Assembly (NCBI GenBank): GCA_946965045.2
Contig: OX337241.1
Location: 744,001 to 808,000 of the forward strand
Direction of reading: 5' to 3'
From: Epithemia pelagica
Lineage: Eukaryota > Protista > Bacillariophyta
Length of the DNA: 64,000 bases
The notes under the pieces are model-generated. The model saw only the letters and a program-made list of their open reading frames with translations. It did not search any database and was not told where the DNA came from. Below are positions 21,816-34,371 of this stretch, in pieces. Position 1 is the stretch's first letter. Each line of letters starts with the position of its first letter. The position numbers and the translations under genes are program-made.

Positions 21816-22340
21816 GATCTTTCCTTGTTATCTAAGTGGCAAATTTGAAGGGGACAGAAATCCTTCATGGATCATGGTCGACATCCGCGTACAACCTATC
21901 GGGATGGGAAGAACATACAGTTCAGTCAAACTTGTCAAACTGAAATCCGCCATTAGAATTCATTCCGTTCAAACGCTGGATTTTCTGTCAATGCCGTGAC
22001 GCGTGACTCATGACTGGATATACCCCACCACCGCTATTCTCATCATGATATCTTGTTTCCCTATTACTCCTAACAACTCCATTCTTAAACTGTGAGACGG
22101 ACATTGGCACAAGCTCTATATCCCTGGTTTCCCTGGATGGAAACGTCCCTTCAGAGCTAACATCCGAGAAATGATAGACTATTGTATCAAGTTTGAGGTG
22201 CTTTCCCGTATTTGGCGGTCATTTTACCCAAAATGCTGTTTTGTTCCCATGTCGTGAAAATGAAAATCGGGGTTAAATCCCATCAGTGACTTCAAAAATG
22301 AATGCACCCGATCAGTGTCTCTGTGTTCATTGCATTATAT

Positions 22341-23693
22341 TCATTCGCTCGAACTAGCTGTTGCTGTTTTATCGCGAGCTTTCTTGAGTGTTCCTGCGAT
22401 ACGCCATCCGGCGGCGTCTGCTCCATGATAATAATCTTTACCTGTCCATCTATAACGAAGTTTTCTATCACCATCCGCTGTTCCTTCGTCCTCTCCTTCA
22501 TCAGCGTTGTCATTTCTTGGCAATTCCGGCTCGGCAACTCGATCGTTCTTCTCTTTCTTTTTCGTCTTTTTATTCTTCGCATCTTCAACCTGCAACGGCT
22601 CGTTCTTTTCGAGTGATTTGGTCATCAAATCTTCCTCCAGAAGGGCATCTCCTGCTGTGGGCGGTGGAGGAGGAGGTGGCGTGGGTTCTGGCAATTCCAA
22701 TTCCCAGCACCAACTATCATAGTCAGAAACACTGGAGAGATCTGTAACAGACAATTCATCGCTGATTTTGATCAATCGCAAGGGAAGATCAAGACCGTAG
22801 ATTTCCACCTTTTCGAACCGTTGTGGGGATGGAATGGGTTCTTGTCTTTCATCCAACTCGTCCAAGTCCCCTCCACGCGTCTTGCCTCTCTTTCCCTTCT
22901 TATTTTTTCCAGAGTATGACTTTGGTGGAGGTTCTTGCTGGGACGGTCTTGACTCCAGTCGAATTTCCTCCGATGCATCCCGGTCGGATTCGGTATCATC
23001 ATTGTACAAGGACTTGACCCGTGGAGGCTCCGGTTCTGAAGCTTGAGCTTCGGTAATTTCAAAGAATTCATCATCATCTGCCCGCAAAATCTTGCGACAT
23101 CTCAAGATTGCCTTGTCCAATCCTAAATCAGTGCCCATTATTTGATAAAAGACTTGCACTTTGTTCCAATAGCGATCCATCTCTTCCAACAGAAGTCGAT
23201 CCGCGACATTCTTGAGGGTAATGTCCTTCATGTACAACAAGATTTCATTGCAAATGCACAAACGATCATACTCCACGAAACCGTCGCGGACAAGAACGGC
23301 TCCCATGTCGAACTTGGTATAGCCCGCTTCTCGTTCCATTTCATACGTGCCTGGAACCAGGGCCTCCGTGTGTCTTATCATACCAGTCAAAGCCTTTTGC
23401 AATTCGGTCAAGCTCTGCCGCGCCTTGACCGTACAATGACTACTGGAGCACTCCCCGGTACTGATGAGACCTTCTAGCTTTTTGAGTAAAAGCGCCATAC
23501 GATCCAAACGCCTAGCAAAGGAATGGTATTTTTGGCCCGCTTTGGTAACATTGGTGCCTTCCAAATGCACCTCAAATTGTTCAAGAAATTGTGATTTCCA
23601 TTTCGCAAATCCCCGCCTCGTTTCGATCCGATCCAACTGTTTCAACAACTCCTTGAGAAGAGGATCTTCCTCTAATGGGTTTGTCAATCTCAT
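22341..23693 (-). CDS. Hypothetical protein (450 aa), helical N-terminal half, Pro/charged low-complexity C-terminal half
   Basis: Long ORF with an ATG start and protein-like composition; no family recognised. Confidence 0.75.
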   Translation of the reverse strand: MRLTNPLEEDPLLKELLKQLDRIETRRGFAKWKSQFLEQFEVHLEGTNVTKAGQKYHSFARRLDRMALLLKKLEGLISTGECSSSHCTVKARQSLTELQKALTGMIRHTEALVPGTYEMEREAGYTKFDMGAVLVRDGFVEYDRLCICNEILLYMKDITLKNVADRLLLEEMDRYWNKVQVFYQIMGTDLGLDKAILRCRKILRADDDEFFEITEAQASEPEPPRVKSLYNDDTESDRDASEEIRLESRPSQQEPPPKSYSGKNKKGKRGKTRGGDLDELDERQEPIPSPQRFEKVEIYGLDLPLRLIKISDELSVTDLSSVSDYDSWCWELELPEPTPPPPPPPTAGDALLEEDLMTKSLEKNEPLQVEDAKNKKTKKKEKNDRVAEPELPRNDNADEGEDEGTADGDRKLRYRWTGKDYYHGADAAGWRIAGTLKKARDKTATASSSE

Positions 23694-24073
23694 GGTAACT
23701 CAACAACCACGGTACAAAAAGGTTTGGTCAAATCCTTGCAAGGAGCACAACCACAGGGATGAGAGCTGGACAGGTGGTTGTCATTCGCCTGTCATCGTGA
23801 CCAAAGCGATATCTTGCATTAGTACTACCTACGAGAACTCGTGTGTGGTCTGTGCTCTTTAAAAAGTTGATCTTGATCGTGGGGCAATTAAAAAAGAGCA
23901 CATGGAGTCTTTTCTCTACACAACTCCTCGTCCCAGAATGAAAAAATCTATTTGGAGTTAATCGATATTTTATTTCTAGAAAGATAGGTAGTATTGAAAG
24001 CTCCCCAAAGAGTCATAGTTGGACCGGTTTCGGGTTTCGGGTCGGGCCGTCCCCCCCCCCCATTTTCCTCAAT

Positions 24074-25555
24074 GGAGGAAAACGGTTTGACCTAAAATCC
24101 TAAAAAACCTATTCTTAGCCAATCAGATCGCTCCAAATCGTACGACGTTCAGACGCATTTGGCCTCCAGTTTAGGCGTGAAAGGCCTCTTGTTTAGGAGT
24201 TTCGATCGGTCATCTTCTGGAAGCAGTCGAAAGACCTAAACGAATCCTAAACGATTTGGAACCAAAATCTCCATCCAACGGCCCACAAATTTCGCCATGT
24301 CGACTTCCGAATCTTCCTCTTGCCACGCTGTCATTCATCAATATGACAGCTTAGCACTTTCGGGTTCTACAGTTGCTGCTGTTGTCGGTGTGATTCATGC
24401 AGTGCATGTTTTGGGAAGTGAATCAGTTCATTTGTGGATTGTGATTCTCTGCTTGTCGCGTCAAAACTCACCCAATCCACCTTGGTTTCGCTTGTTGTTC
24501 ACAGAATCCTTGCCACTTTAACAGAAGAAAAGTTCATTGATCCGAACAAACGAAATTTCGTTCTCCAGGACTGGTGGCACTGGTTTGGTATATTCCATAC
24601 TGATGTCGCCTTGGCTGCGCAAAGGACTGAATTTTCGTCGGAACAACAACAACCATAGAGGGAGAGCATCCTTCGAACCAACAACCAACCAAGCCAACCT
24701 TCCGTTTGACTACCCATGAAGCTCAGTGCGCCGTCACTGTCGACTGCCGGTGGTGTCACAGACTTCCACAATGCGGTTACGGCGTACTTTCAAGCTTTGC
24801 CAACATGGCTCAGTCAATCCTTGCGCTGAGCTTCTTTTGTTCGAGTTTTGTCGGCGATCCTCGTGGTCCAAACCATGGTCTTGTTTGTTGGGTGCCTTGG
24901 CAAACTATCGCCATGACAAATTCATCCGTATGCTCGTGGCTATGCTTTCTGGCTGCTCTTGTGATGTCAGGGTTAACGACAAGTTTTGGATCCGTGGTCT
25001 ACTGCGGCTTGGTTGGCGGTGTAGCTCAGCTGACATGTCGAGCGAAAACCTAATGCAACAAGCCGCTCTGATGATGAACAATTTGATGAAGAACAAGAAG
25101 TAGAGGAAAATGATGATAAGGAAGAAGTACATGACTAGCAACAGACCGAATCTTCATTAGTTCTACTCTAGCATGTTTTCTATAGAACTGGATGGCTTGG
25201 AGAACGACATCAAGCTTGTCTCCCATTGTTTCAATGCACTGCATTGCAGCACTGGAAGTCTCTGCAGCTGGGACTACAATACAGCCGCAGTGGACAATTC
25301 CTGTGCCGCGATCATATCCTTGATCTTCTTCGCTTGGTTTGATCTTCCGTTGGCATTGTTCGGGAAAAATGGGATCGCATTGACAAATTCTCGTGGGAAT
25401 CTTGACTTCATTCGGAACCTACATAGAGGTGCTAGCTCCTACGAAGGTCAGACTACGAATAAGTTTAGGTTAAATTGGGGGTCAACACGGTTTGTCCTAA
25501 AATCCTATTTGAGGGGGGAAGGAGTTTAGGATTTTAGGTCAAACCGTTTTCCTCC
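24074..25555. mobile_element. 1,482-bp non-autonomous TIR element with 3-bp AAT TSD (PIF/Harbinger-PHIS-like)
   Basis: Perfect 31-bp TIR GGAGGAAAACGGTTTGACCTAAAATCCTAAA (24074-24104 and 25525-25555), flanked by AAT (24071-24073, 25556-25558). No intact internal ORF. Confidence 0.85.
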
Positions 25556-25759
25556 AATGCCACAAGGGAAACGGTACCCTCACAAGATACACTTGCGTGG
25601 CTTGTGTGTTACGTACAAGGAGGGTGACGAACATGCGAGGCGACTGAGCCAAAGATGCGAAGAGCGAAACAGAATTCGATGTTGACTCTACCTCAAGATA
25701 GGAGCTCAGCAAGAAGCTTGATGCCCTACGAAACCAAATTTCAATTACTTTGATCTCCA

Positions 25760-26473
25760 ATGTTGTCGCTACTTCGAACAAGGAAAATCTCCGGTTCGAC
25801 CCTTTCCAGGCACTTGGCCATTGCGCCAGCTTCTCGGTTGGCATCCGTCATTGGAGACTCGTCGGCTTTTGTCAGGCTGATACATCATGGACCCTCGCGT
25901 CCCAGCGATCGCAGTAGTCCCTGGGAGCGCAAGGCAACTCAAGTAAAGAACACGGATGTAACGAATCCATATCTGGAACTCATTCGGGAAACACATGACC
26001 CATCAATGCAACTGAAAACGTTGGAAGAAGAACTGAAGGGCACAATCGGCAAGGCCCTTGGTAAGCAAGGCGAGAAGATTCTGCATGCCTTGAGACGCAT
26101 GCAAGAAGGACTTCGTCGCTACGAAACGACATTACAAGAACACGGCAATGTTGCTCACCATCCAATGGTTGTCGAACGTGCGCAACAGTACAATCTGATA
26201 CGTGAGGAAGCTCTTAAAGCTCGTTGGGAACTTTTGGTCCATCGACAAGCCGTTGGTTTGATTGTCAATAACCATAAATACGTCATACAACATTACCCAA
26301 TTGGCGAAGCACTACCGATACCAAAAGATGGGGATGGCGACAGTGCCCCGGAATCATCACTGACTGACGGACCAAACAATAAATCAACATTGAAGAAAAC
26401 TACATTGGAGGAAAAGCCAAAAGTCTTTGGAGATCAACTGAGTTGGTGGCAGAACATTGGTAGATGGCGCTGA
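25760..26473 (+). CDS. Hypothetical protein with a mitochondrial-transit-like N-terminus (237 aa)
   Basis: Arg/Ser/Leu-rich N-terminus and a helical core EEELKGTIGKALGKQG..ARWELLVHRQAVG. Confidence 0.75.
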   Translation: MLSLLRTRKISGSTLSRHLAIAPASRLASVIGDSSAFVRLIHHGPSRPSDRSSPWERKATQVKNTDVTNPYLELIRETHDPSMQLKTLEEELKGTIGKALGKQGEKILHALRRMQEGLRRYETTLQEHGNVAHHPMVVERAQQYNLIREEALKARWELLVHRQAVGLIVNNHKYVIQHYPIGEALPIPKDGDGDSAPESSLTDGPNNKSTLKKTTLEEKPKVFGDQLSWWQNIGRWR

Positions 26474-27121
26474 GAATGAGCCAGAGAAGGGTTCTCTTTT
26501 TCTTGGAGGTACCGACCTACTTGACGGATGAAATGCAACATCTCTTTCGATCGTTCTCAGAAATGTGTCGTCCTTTGACTTGCTTCGCAGAACACTATGG
26601 CAGCGTGTCGCTACTTGTTTTTTGGGACACTGTCAAACGAGTACTAGGGTCCATGAGTTTAACTTCTATTCGGGGTGTCATTTATTTCGCATCATTGTAC
26701 CCATCCTGACTGCCACAAGCCATTGTTGTACCGATGGATCTACTCTGTAAGTTCTAAGCGCAACTATGTTGTATCAAGTCATCCGGGGTCCACACTTTAG
26801 GGACAAGAAGGACCATCGCCCTATTCCGCGGCCAGTCGCTTCTATACCTAACCTATAATTGATCATGTCTAATATTTCTCTTGAATGGTGAGTTCCGCGG
26901 CTTAAGACATATTCCTAAAGGACTTCGAGTATATCATGGTAAATGGTAACAAACTCCACAACAAAAAGGTTAGTGCAACCGAAAGCATGAGCAAGAAAAA
27001 GATACTTCCCAAGACTCAACGGATATCAAGACCAAAAACCAAGACCAAAACGGTAGCGTGCCAACAACCCAACACCCGACATCCAAAAAATGGGCCCACA
27101 TTTTGAGGGGAAAAACGGACA

Positions 27122-29687
27122 ATGATACGGCAGGAGACATGGATTGCTTATATGTTCATTGCTGCTTTTCTTGCATCCGGAGAGTCCCATGTTCGTCGAA
27201 GAAGAAACCGTGAGCACAAGAATCAGTTCTTGTCTCAGTCATATCGAAAGTCTCTCGAAGTCCACATAGATCGACCAAGGCATCATGGACATGCGGAATA
27301 CGCGTGGGATGAAAAATTGCGTCGTGAGCAAAGTCTTGATTCAACGTCTGATATCGACGACCTCATAGTTACTGTGAGCATTGGGATCCAAAAAATTCCG
27401 GAAGGAGAGAACCACGATGATATACGAGATAGGACTATTGCGTCCATCGCGGAGCAGCTGGCCACAAACTGTAAAGAGATCTCCATTGATTATGCCACTG
27501 AGGCCATAACACGAGGGTACATTGACATTCCGCGTTCGGTACGCCATTTCCACGTGTTCCTATGTGCACTGTGCATATCATGCTTGTCTCACCAGTTCCT
27601 AATCTTGTACATTTCAGATGATCTCGCTTTTGGATTCACTTCCTGAGGTACGATATGCCGAAGAAGACAACCTTATCTCAATCCACGAAGACGTTGTTTA
27701 TGCCCAGGGAGAGACCATTCCTGGTAGCATCGACCTTGCCAATGGCGATACATATCCGGGATTTCCGTACCCACGTAGTGCCACCAATAATTGTTCCAGC
27801 GCCGATGCCATCAGAATCGCTGTTGTGGATGGAGGTACGTATTCTTGTCCATTGTTCGTCAGTAAGTCGAACAGATCTAACATTGGTTTAAACACAACAA
27901 GGTTTGGACTGTGGACACTGGGATTTTGAATTCTGTGGAGTCAACCCAGTCACTGGAGAAGCAATCGAGGGACAGGAAGTACGCTGCATGGGCAAGCAAT
28001 TTCTTCCGCCAGGAGCACAGTTTGTAGGGCAAGATTGGTGTAACTCACGTCGAAGCCATGGCGTTCATGTTGCCGGTCTTGTTGCTGCGTCCGGTGTTAA
28101 TGGAGTGGGAGTTGCGGGAATGCTACCAGACAAGGACTTTTGTTTAATGATCGTGCGTGTGTTCGCAGATAACGGGGCAGCTTCGATGATAAAACTGAAA
28201 GAGGGCATCGACTGGGCGGTGGAAAACGGTGCTAAGGTTATCAATATGTCCCTTGGCACTTACTCAAACTCGTCCACCCTCCGGGATGCCATAGACAATG
28301 CCCGAAAGAATGACGTTCTGCTGGTTGGTTCAGCCGGAAACAGAAACACCAACAGTCACAATTATCCTGCAGCCTATGAAGATGTCTTGGGTGTGGCTTC
28401 TGTTGATGCAAACAATAACAAGGCTTGGTTTAGCAATTACGGTGACTACATTGACATTGCTGCAGCTGGTGTAAGTGTCTTATCAACGATGCCGAGAATC
28501 GACGAGCAACCAGAAACCGTTATTGAAGTCATGGAATCTTCCGACATCACGGCTGCTACTCTTTCAGGTGAGCTGATAATCTATTCAAGCTACATTGGAC
28601 TAGTGGGTGTAGAAGGAGCTCTTATTGACTGCGGTTATGGCGACTCGATATGCCCGGGAAATGGTGGTCATGTATGCCTCATTCAACAAAGGTAAGTTGT
28701 ACTCAAGAGAAGCGCTTATGTGCACAGTGTTGACACTCATTTCAACTGTTTTCAGTGGGGGAGGACCTGCTTATATGGAGGCTCAGAACTGTGTTGATAG
28801 CAATGGAGCTGGTGTAATCCTTTATGATTACGTGAATGGTGAGTTTCGTATGGGCTTTGACTTGGTCAACTCCCATATCTTTTCCTGCTTACACCTCGTA
28901 CCATCGTTTGCTCATTGATTTTTTTCTTGGACACTATTTGCGGGCCATAAAAGGAACACTCGGAGTCGATGCGGAGTTAACTCCACAATGGGTCCCCATT
29001 CCTGTCATTGGAGTGAGCAATGAGACAGGAAGTGTGTTGCAAAATTTTGAAGGCAAAACTGTGCAGCTGTACAACCTAATCGAAGATGCATCAGGCACGA
29101 CAGTCGGCTATGGACGAAAACATGGAACTAGTATGTCGTAAGTTATTGGTTTTATGCGATGGTTTCGTATTGCTATGTGCATCCCCCCTCACTTTGAGTT
29201 ACCTAGTGCACCTTTGGTGGCAGGAGCAGCCGCATATCTTTGGAGGTAAGAAGAGTGGACACTGGCTGTAGCCCTGGAGACTCGTTTGAAAGCATGGCTA
29301 ACTAGTGCCTCTGTGTTGATTTCTTGAAATGTTGTTCGCTCGCCAACCAGACAATGTCCCGACTGTTCTAGTGACAATGTAACGCACTGTCTGTTAAGCA
29401 CCGCCAAGGATCCAGCCAACGGTAACAATATCGATCATTATGGAAACGGTATTCTGCAAACAGATTTGGCTTTCCATTGCATGGTCGACCTGTCATGTTG
29501 CCCATACGACTTCTCTGAAAGCCCCTCAATTTCTCCTTCTGATGTGCCTTCAGCTTTACCATCAGAGTCAGTATCGCCAACAAACTCAGTGAAACCCTCT
29601 CACAAACCATCCCGTTTTCCGTCGTGGGCACCGTCCGGAGCTCCTACGATTGTCCCGTCCCTTACACCATCTTCCCGTCCATCCTAG
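27122..29687 (+). CDS. Secreted subtilisin-like serine protease (S8) with PA-like insert and Pro/Ser tail; join(27122..27538,27618..27834,27902..28691,28756..28838,28954..29137,29207..29245,29351..29687)
   Basis: Catalytic VVDGG (Asp), HGVHVAG (His), SAGN (oxyanion Asn) and GTSMSAPLVAG (Ser). Six phase-consistent GT-AG introns and a hydrophobic N-terminal signal. Confidence 0.9.
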
Positions 29688-30527
29688 CCCAATATATACA
29701 CCAAGGAGTAGTTTTTGCGTAACTTGCTTTGTTAGGATCATGATCATGTATGGGGAGTTAATGAAGAAGATTTCGGAGGTGATCTTACAAGAAGCGTACA
29801 TCTTGTGCATTTATAGTTCATACAGCTCTTCAAAGGTCATATTGTGATCCCTCAACGACTAGGTAGTTGTGCTTTCTTGCCATCATTTGGACAGACATAG
29901 CTACCAGGGCAGGTCCTTTCCGGAGAGCGAGATAACCGAGCAGAAATATCTTTCCGACGACAATAAACGGCGGAGATCAATTCGACATCACGGACAGAAA
30001 GAAAACAATCTGGGAAATTGCTCTCGCTCCAACTCTTTGATGTTTCGTGTTGCAGCTCTAACATTTCGTCGATGACGGCCACCAAATTTGTGAGCGCGGC
30101 CTTGTCTTGTTGCAAGGCTTGACTTTGACTACGGGACCCGAATCAAGACTAAGAAGTCACGGACTTATTAAATAATGGTGGTATCTGAATGGGTAGCACG
30201 TGCGATAGAGCATGGCGGGCTACATTCACGCACAATTCTCAGATCCACAAGATCCGTTCTTTCGAGGTTTCTTCGAAACAGGAATGCAAGACATGCCTCT
30301 AATAGAAATTTGGTGGTTGCTTACATGAAACCTACTTTTTACTTCAAGACTTGGTCATGAAGGGAACAAAACATCAAGACTGCCGCATAGACAAGATCAG
30401 GGCCTTTGCATTACTCCGCGAACAATTCAGATTGAGAGCACGAGCTCCTGAATAACGCCAAAGAGGGGATCACAAAAGAAATTGAGCTTGATCGAAACCG
30501 TTTCCTACGTGAAACTCATATTCTACC

Positions 30528-31868
30528 ATGCCGGCACCTTCCAACAACAACGATCGCGGCTCCGTGGCTAAAAAGCATTCGTCGCGACGCCGTCATCCTT
30601 CCAGGTCCAGTCAAGGAACAGGTTTCTATGATAGCGGTCCACCAAAAGAAGTCATTGTGAAACGAATCGGTGATGCAGAGGGCGCCACAGGAGCGGACAA
30701 AGTGCTTGATGAGTTGTTGATGAACGATGATCAGAGTGAGGTCAGCAGCCTCGGCGTTGGAGAAGCACGGGCTGTAGTCTCTTCCAGACAAAAGCCTGAT
30801 CTCGATCGAGTGTTGGGTGATCCGGATGAAGATGTGGATGAGAAACACGATCAAAAACGCAAGTCTGAGAATGGGGTTGGAACGCGAGGTCTAGAAGCTG
30901 CGCGAGAAAGGTACAGAGCCCAATCGTCCTCCCGACATCATTCAAGAGATACGCCGTTGATCCAGCTTGTCTCGCCCACAGCGAGTGAGGACGAGCTAAT
31001 TGAGGTAGAACAGGTGTCCCTGGGCGAGCCAATGAAAATGGGTGGCTCGCACATAGAGGTCATTGATGTTGAAGAAATTGAAGAGTCCAGAAAGAATGAA
31101 GGGGCGCAAACTATCACCATTGAGAAGAGAAATGCACCTTCCGACGACACGTCCAAAACAGCCAGTGGGACTGATGATTCTCCTGCACACATGACACGAA
31201 AGGTGCCTCCGCGTCCCGAAGCTCCAATGCATACAAAGCGTAAGTCAGCAATCGCTGCCAGTGGACAAGAAGACCAAAAACCAAAAATGGAACCAGAGAT
31301 CGACGATGAAGAGGGCGATGAACAGTCCACGGCATCCGATGACTCGTCGGACGAGGGGACAAAGGATTTGTTGGATCGTGCACACGATCGACTTGCGGTC
31401 CAAATATTACAGGGCGAGTTGGATGATCTAAAGCATATTGTGGAGAAGAAGAATGAAGAAATCAAGATACTCGCAGGTCAACTTCGCCGTGCGGTTGAGA
31501 CCAAGTACGATCTAGTTTTGGCGCATACTGAAATGGAGCAATACCACGAATTCACCATGCAAGTCAAGGAAGAACAGGCTCACCAGCTAGTTCGGGCGAA
31601 CTTTGGACTTCAAGAAGGAGTAGCCAGTGTGGAGCGAGACTTGATCAATGAAATTGTCCGCTTGCAAGTGACAATGCAAGATGCTAAGAAACAGCATGTG
31701 CAGGAGTTGCAAGACTGGGAACGTATGCACAAGAACGAAATGTTAGAGCGAGACTGCGAAATTGCTCGTCTCAAAGCGGAGGTACACAAACTTATTCTGA
31801 TGCGGAATCCTCTCACGTCATCGATGATGGCGGGTGAACCCATTCCCACGGAACTGATTGAATGTTGA
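30528..31868 (+). CDS. Hypothetical protein (446 aa), disordered N-terminus and C-terminal coiled coil
   Basis: Long ORF with an ATG start and a heptad-rich C-terminal third. Confidence 0.8.
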   Translation: MPAPSNNNDRGSVAKKHSSRRRHPSRSSQGTGFYDSGPPKEVIVKRIGDAEGATGADKVLDELLMNDDQSEVSSLGVGEARAVVSSRQKPDLDRVLGDPDEDVDEKHDQKRKSENGVGTRGLEAARERYRAQSSSRHHSRDTPLIQLVSPTASEDELIEVEQVSLGEPMKMGGSHIEVIDVEEIEESRKNEGAQTITIEKRNAPSDDTSKTASGTDDSPAHMTRKVPPRPEAPMHTKRKSAIAASGQEDQKPKMEPEIDDEEGDEQSTASDDSSDEGTKDLLDRAHDRLAVQILQGELDDLKHIVEKKNEEIKILAGQLRRAVETKYDLVLAHTEMEQYHEFTMQVKEEQAHQLVRANFGLQEGVASVERDLINEIVRLQVTMQDAKKQHVQELQDWERMHKNEMLERDCEIARLKAEVHKLILMRNPLTSSMMAGEPIPTELIEC

Positions 31869-32363
31869 ATGTGAGAGCAAGAGAGCACTGGAGATAATGT
31901 TTGTCGCCACAAATAATGAATCGATCGTTGAGTGTAAAAGTTGAATTTAGAGACTAACTCCCAAGACTATATTAATTCCATCTGTCGTTGACTATCCGTA
32001 GGATAAGGAACCTGTGACTCGGATGTTGTAATTGGTGTACCATGTGGTCCTGGTGCGGTGACAATATCCGTATGCCTAGAGAACAAAAGGCGCTCAGTTT
32101 CGTGACCAGCAGCAATGTGTTAGCTAAGGTTACCTCCAAACTCAAGGCCGACAACGAGATCCTTTCTCTGCTTATGACATGGATCTGTGTACTCCTACCC
32201 TAACATGGTGGGTTCGATTCAATCATGCTCTTCTCAATAGCGCACATAGTGCACATAGCCGAAAGTCCATCGGCTGACTTACAGACGCTCATTCATCGAC
32301 ACCCCAAGATTTCGCCTTCGGTTCCAAACTCCAAACTGCGGATTCGACCGCGTTACGACAACC

Positions 32364-33530
32364 ATGGCAACTTCGATGAGTTTATCCGAAAGGTCATATC
32401 TGTTGGCTGGTTGTCGCGTCAACTGCCGTGTTGATGGTCGAACATGCTCTTCCTTTCGTCCTTACGTATTACAAATCGATCAGGTTCAAGGTTCGGCCTC
32501 CGATCAAAACAGTTCTGGTGGCGATGATAGTCTGTTGCCTTTGTGTCACGGTTCTGGTCGACTAATGGGATCAACTGGCCATACTTCGAATGAACAACAG
32601 CAATTAATATGCACTGTCAAGGCTGATCTAGTTCGACCTTCCTTGCACCAGCCAACCGAAGGTCGAGTTGAACTGCACGTTCATTTTGCTTCCAGTGCCA
32701 GCAACAGTAACATCCATCGACTCGAAACTGAGCAACAAACGCAAGCAATTCTTTCTCATTTAATACTTCCGCATTTAGTGGATACCAGTGCGCTTTGTTT
32801 ACATCCTGGACACCTTTCATGGCGGTTGGCCGTGGATGTGCATATACTGGAAGCGGCAGGGGGATCTCTCCTGGATTGTGCTACAAGACTAATCAGCGCT
32901 ACCCTCTTGCATGCAACACGGTTACCACACGTCGTGGTGAACCCCCCTACCACCCCATCAACGACTGCTACGAAGGAAGCTGGCCATGGAAAGAACACTC
33001 CAAACGCTACTGTCTCGTTTACTGTTGACGGTGATTGGGCCAAAGCCAAACCAGTGCCCGGGCTTTCATCACATGGCGACTCAATGTCTGCTTCCTCCAG
33101 TGTCATTGCCATAACGGTGGCTGTCCTATTGGATCAAGATCTTACTAGAAAACAGCGACCTGTGTACTCGTTCGTAGTCGATCCCACGGTCCAAGAAGAG
33201 GACTGTTCCATGGCATTGGTACATGTCGCCCTGTTGGCTCCCAAGTCGGATGAAGGTGAAGCAGATTATACGGTTGTGGGAGTGCACAAGACTCGTGCTG
33301 GTGCGCTTCCCATGTCTTTGCTACCTGATATTTGTCAAACTGCCAAGGAAGCTGTTTCGCAAGCAAATGATTCATTTATCATTCAAAAGGCATCTACTGC
33401 TGGAACTTCAAAGATCTCATCCATGGGTGATGATGGTATGACCAATCACCACCCTTCCACAATGTTCCGACAACAGTTTGAATGGTACGGTCCCGAGAGC
33501 CAAGTAGGATATGAATTGTCAACGACCTGA
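32364..33530 (+). CDS. RRP42: Exosome complex component RRP42 (EXOSC7), RNase PH fold
   Basis: LSERSYL..RVDGR..FRP, HGSGRL, VKADLVRP..PTEGRVEL, LCLHPGHLSWRLAVDVHILE..GSLLD. Confidence 0.85.
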   Translation: MATSMSLSERSYLLAGCRVNCRVDGRTCSSFRPYVLQIDQVQGSASDQNSSGGDDSLLPLCHGSGRLMGSTGHTSNEQQQLICTVKADLVRPSLHQPTEGRVELHVHFASSASNSNIHRLETEQQTQAILSHLILPHLVDTSALCLHPGHLSWRLAVDVHILEAAGGSLLDCATRLISATLLHATRLPHVVVNPPTTPSTTATKEAGHGKNTPNATVSFTVDGDWAKAKPVPGLSSHGDSMSASSSVIAITVAVLLDQDLTRKQRPVYSFVVDPTVQEEDCSMALVHVALLAPKSDEGEADYTVVGVHKTRAGALPMSLLPDICQTAKEAVSQANDSFIIQKASTAGTSKISSMGDDGMTNHHPSTMFRQQFEWYGPESQVGYELSTT

Positions 33531-34371
33531 AGTGGCAACAAGTTGTGCACACTCCTTGTTGGCTTTCTCCGCGTGCATATGGATATTCTTTGACGTGGGG
33601 CAAGCGCTAAAACTTCTTCTGATCGTGAGCGAACTTTTTAGAAAGTTGTCCTACATGGTTTTGGAAGCAGAAAGCTCTGGTCAGCTTTGATAAGGGCGAC
33701 ACTACGCCCTACGAAAACGTATCACAGGGTATCGGCTTGTCAAGAGCTACGCGTGTGTCTCTGAAAAATCATATCTAGTATTTCCTTCAAAGTCACGCGG
33801 ATGTCCGCAAATCGACGGTGTCCCGGTTTTTCACTTGTTCGTAACTCTTGATTAGTTCAAAGGGGATTGTTACTACTACATCTTCAACACCATGAAAGAT
33901 CGGCTTATGCTCGTTCCGATTCTAGTTAACCTACGAGCATTATTGTCAATACACATCATGGTCAAGATAAAGTGTGCGATAGAGGGTGAAGGTTTGGCCG
34001 GTTTCAGCGCTGGGAGAGCGCACGAGTACGAGCGGTATCTTTCCGAGCGTGCCGGTGGCAATTCTTTGCGATGCGCCAACCTATCCGGGACTCGTGATTC
34101 GGAGATAAATCCCACGTAGTACCACGCGCCCCCTTTTGTTTTTGTGTTCCCCCAAAAGTGGATTATGTATGACGTCAGGTATCCAATGTTCACCTTTGGC
34201 TGCTCGTTTCTGGTGCCCTTCTCTTTTCACTTTGCGTCCGTCTCCTTGGGTCTGCTCTTGTGCCGCATATCGTTTAGATACTTCGGATAGTGCTCGTCAC
34301 GAACTCTCTGTGCATTCATATCGTGTTATCACTTGTCATCAGTACCAAGTACTCCAATCCAATACGCAAAG

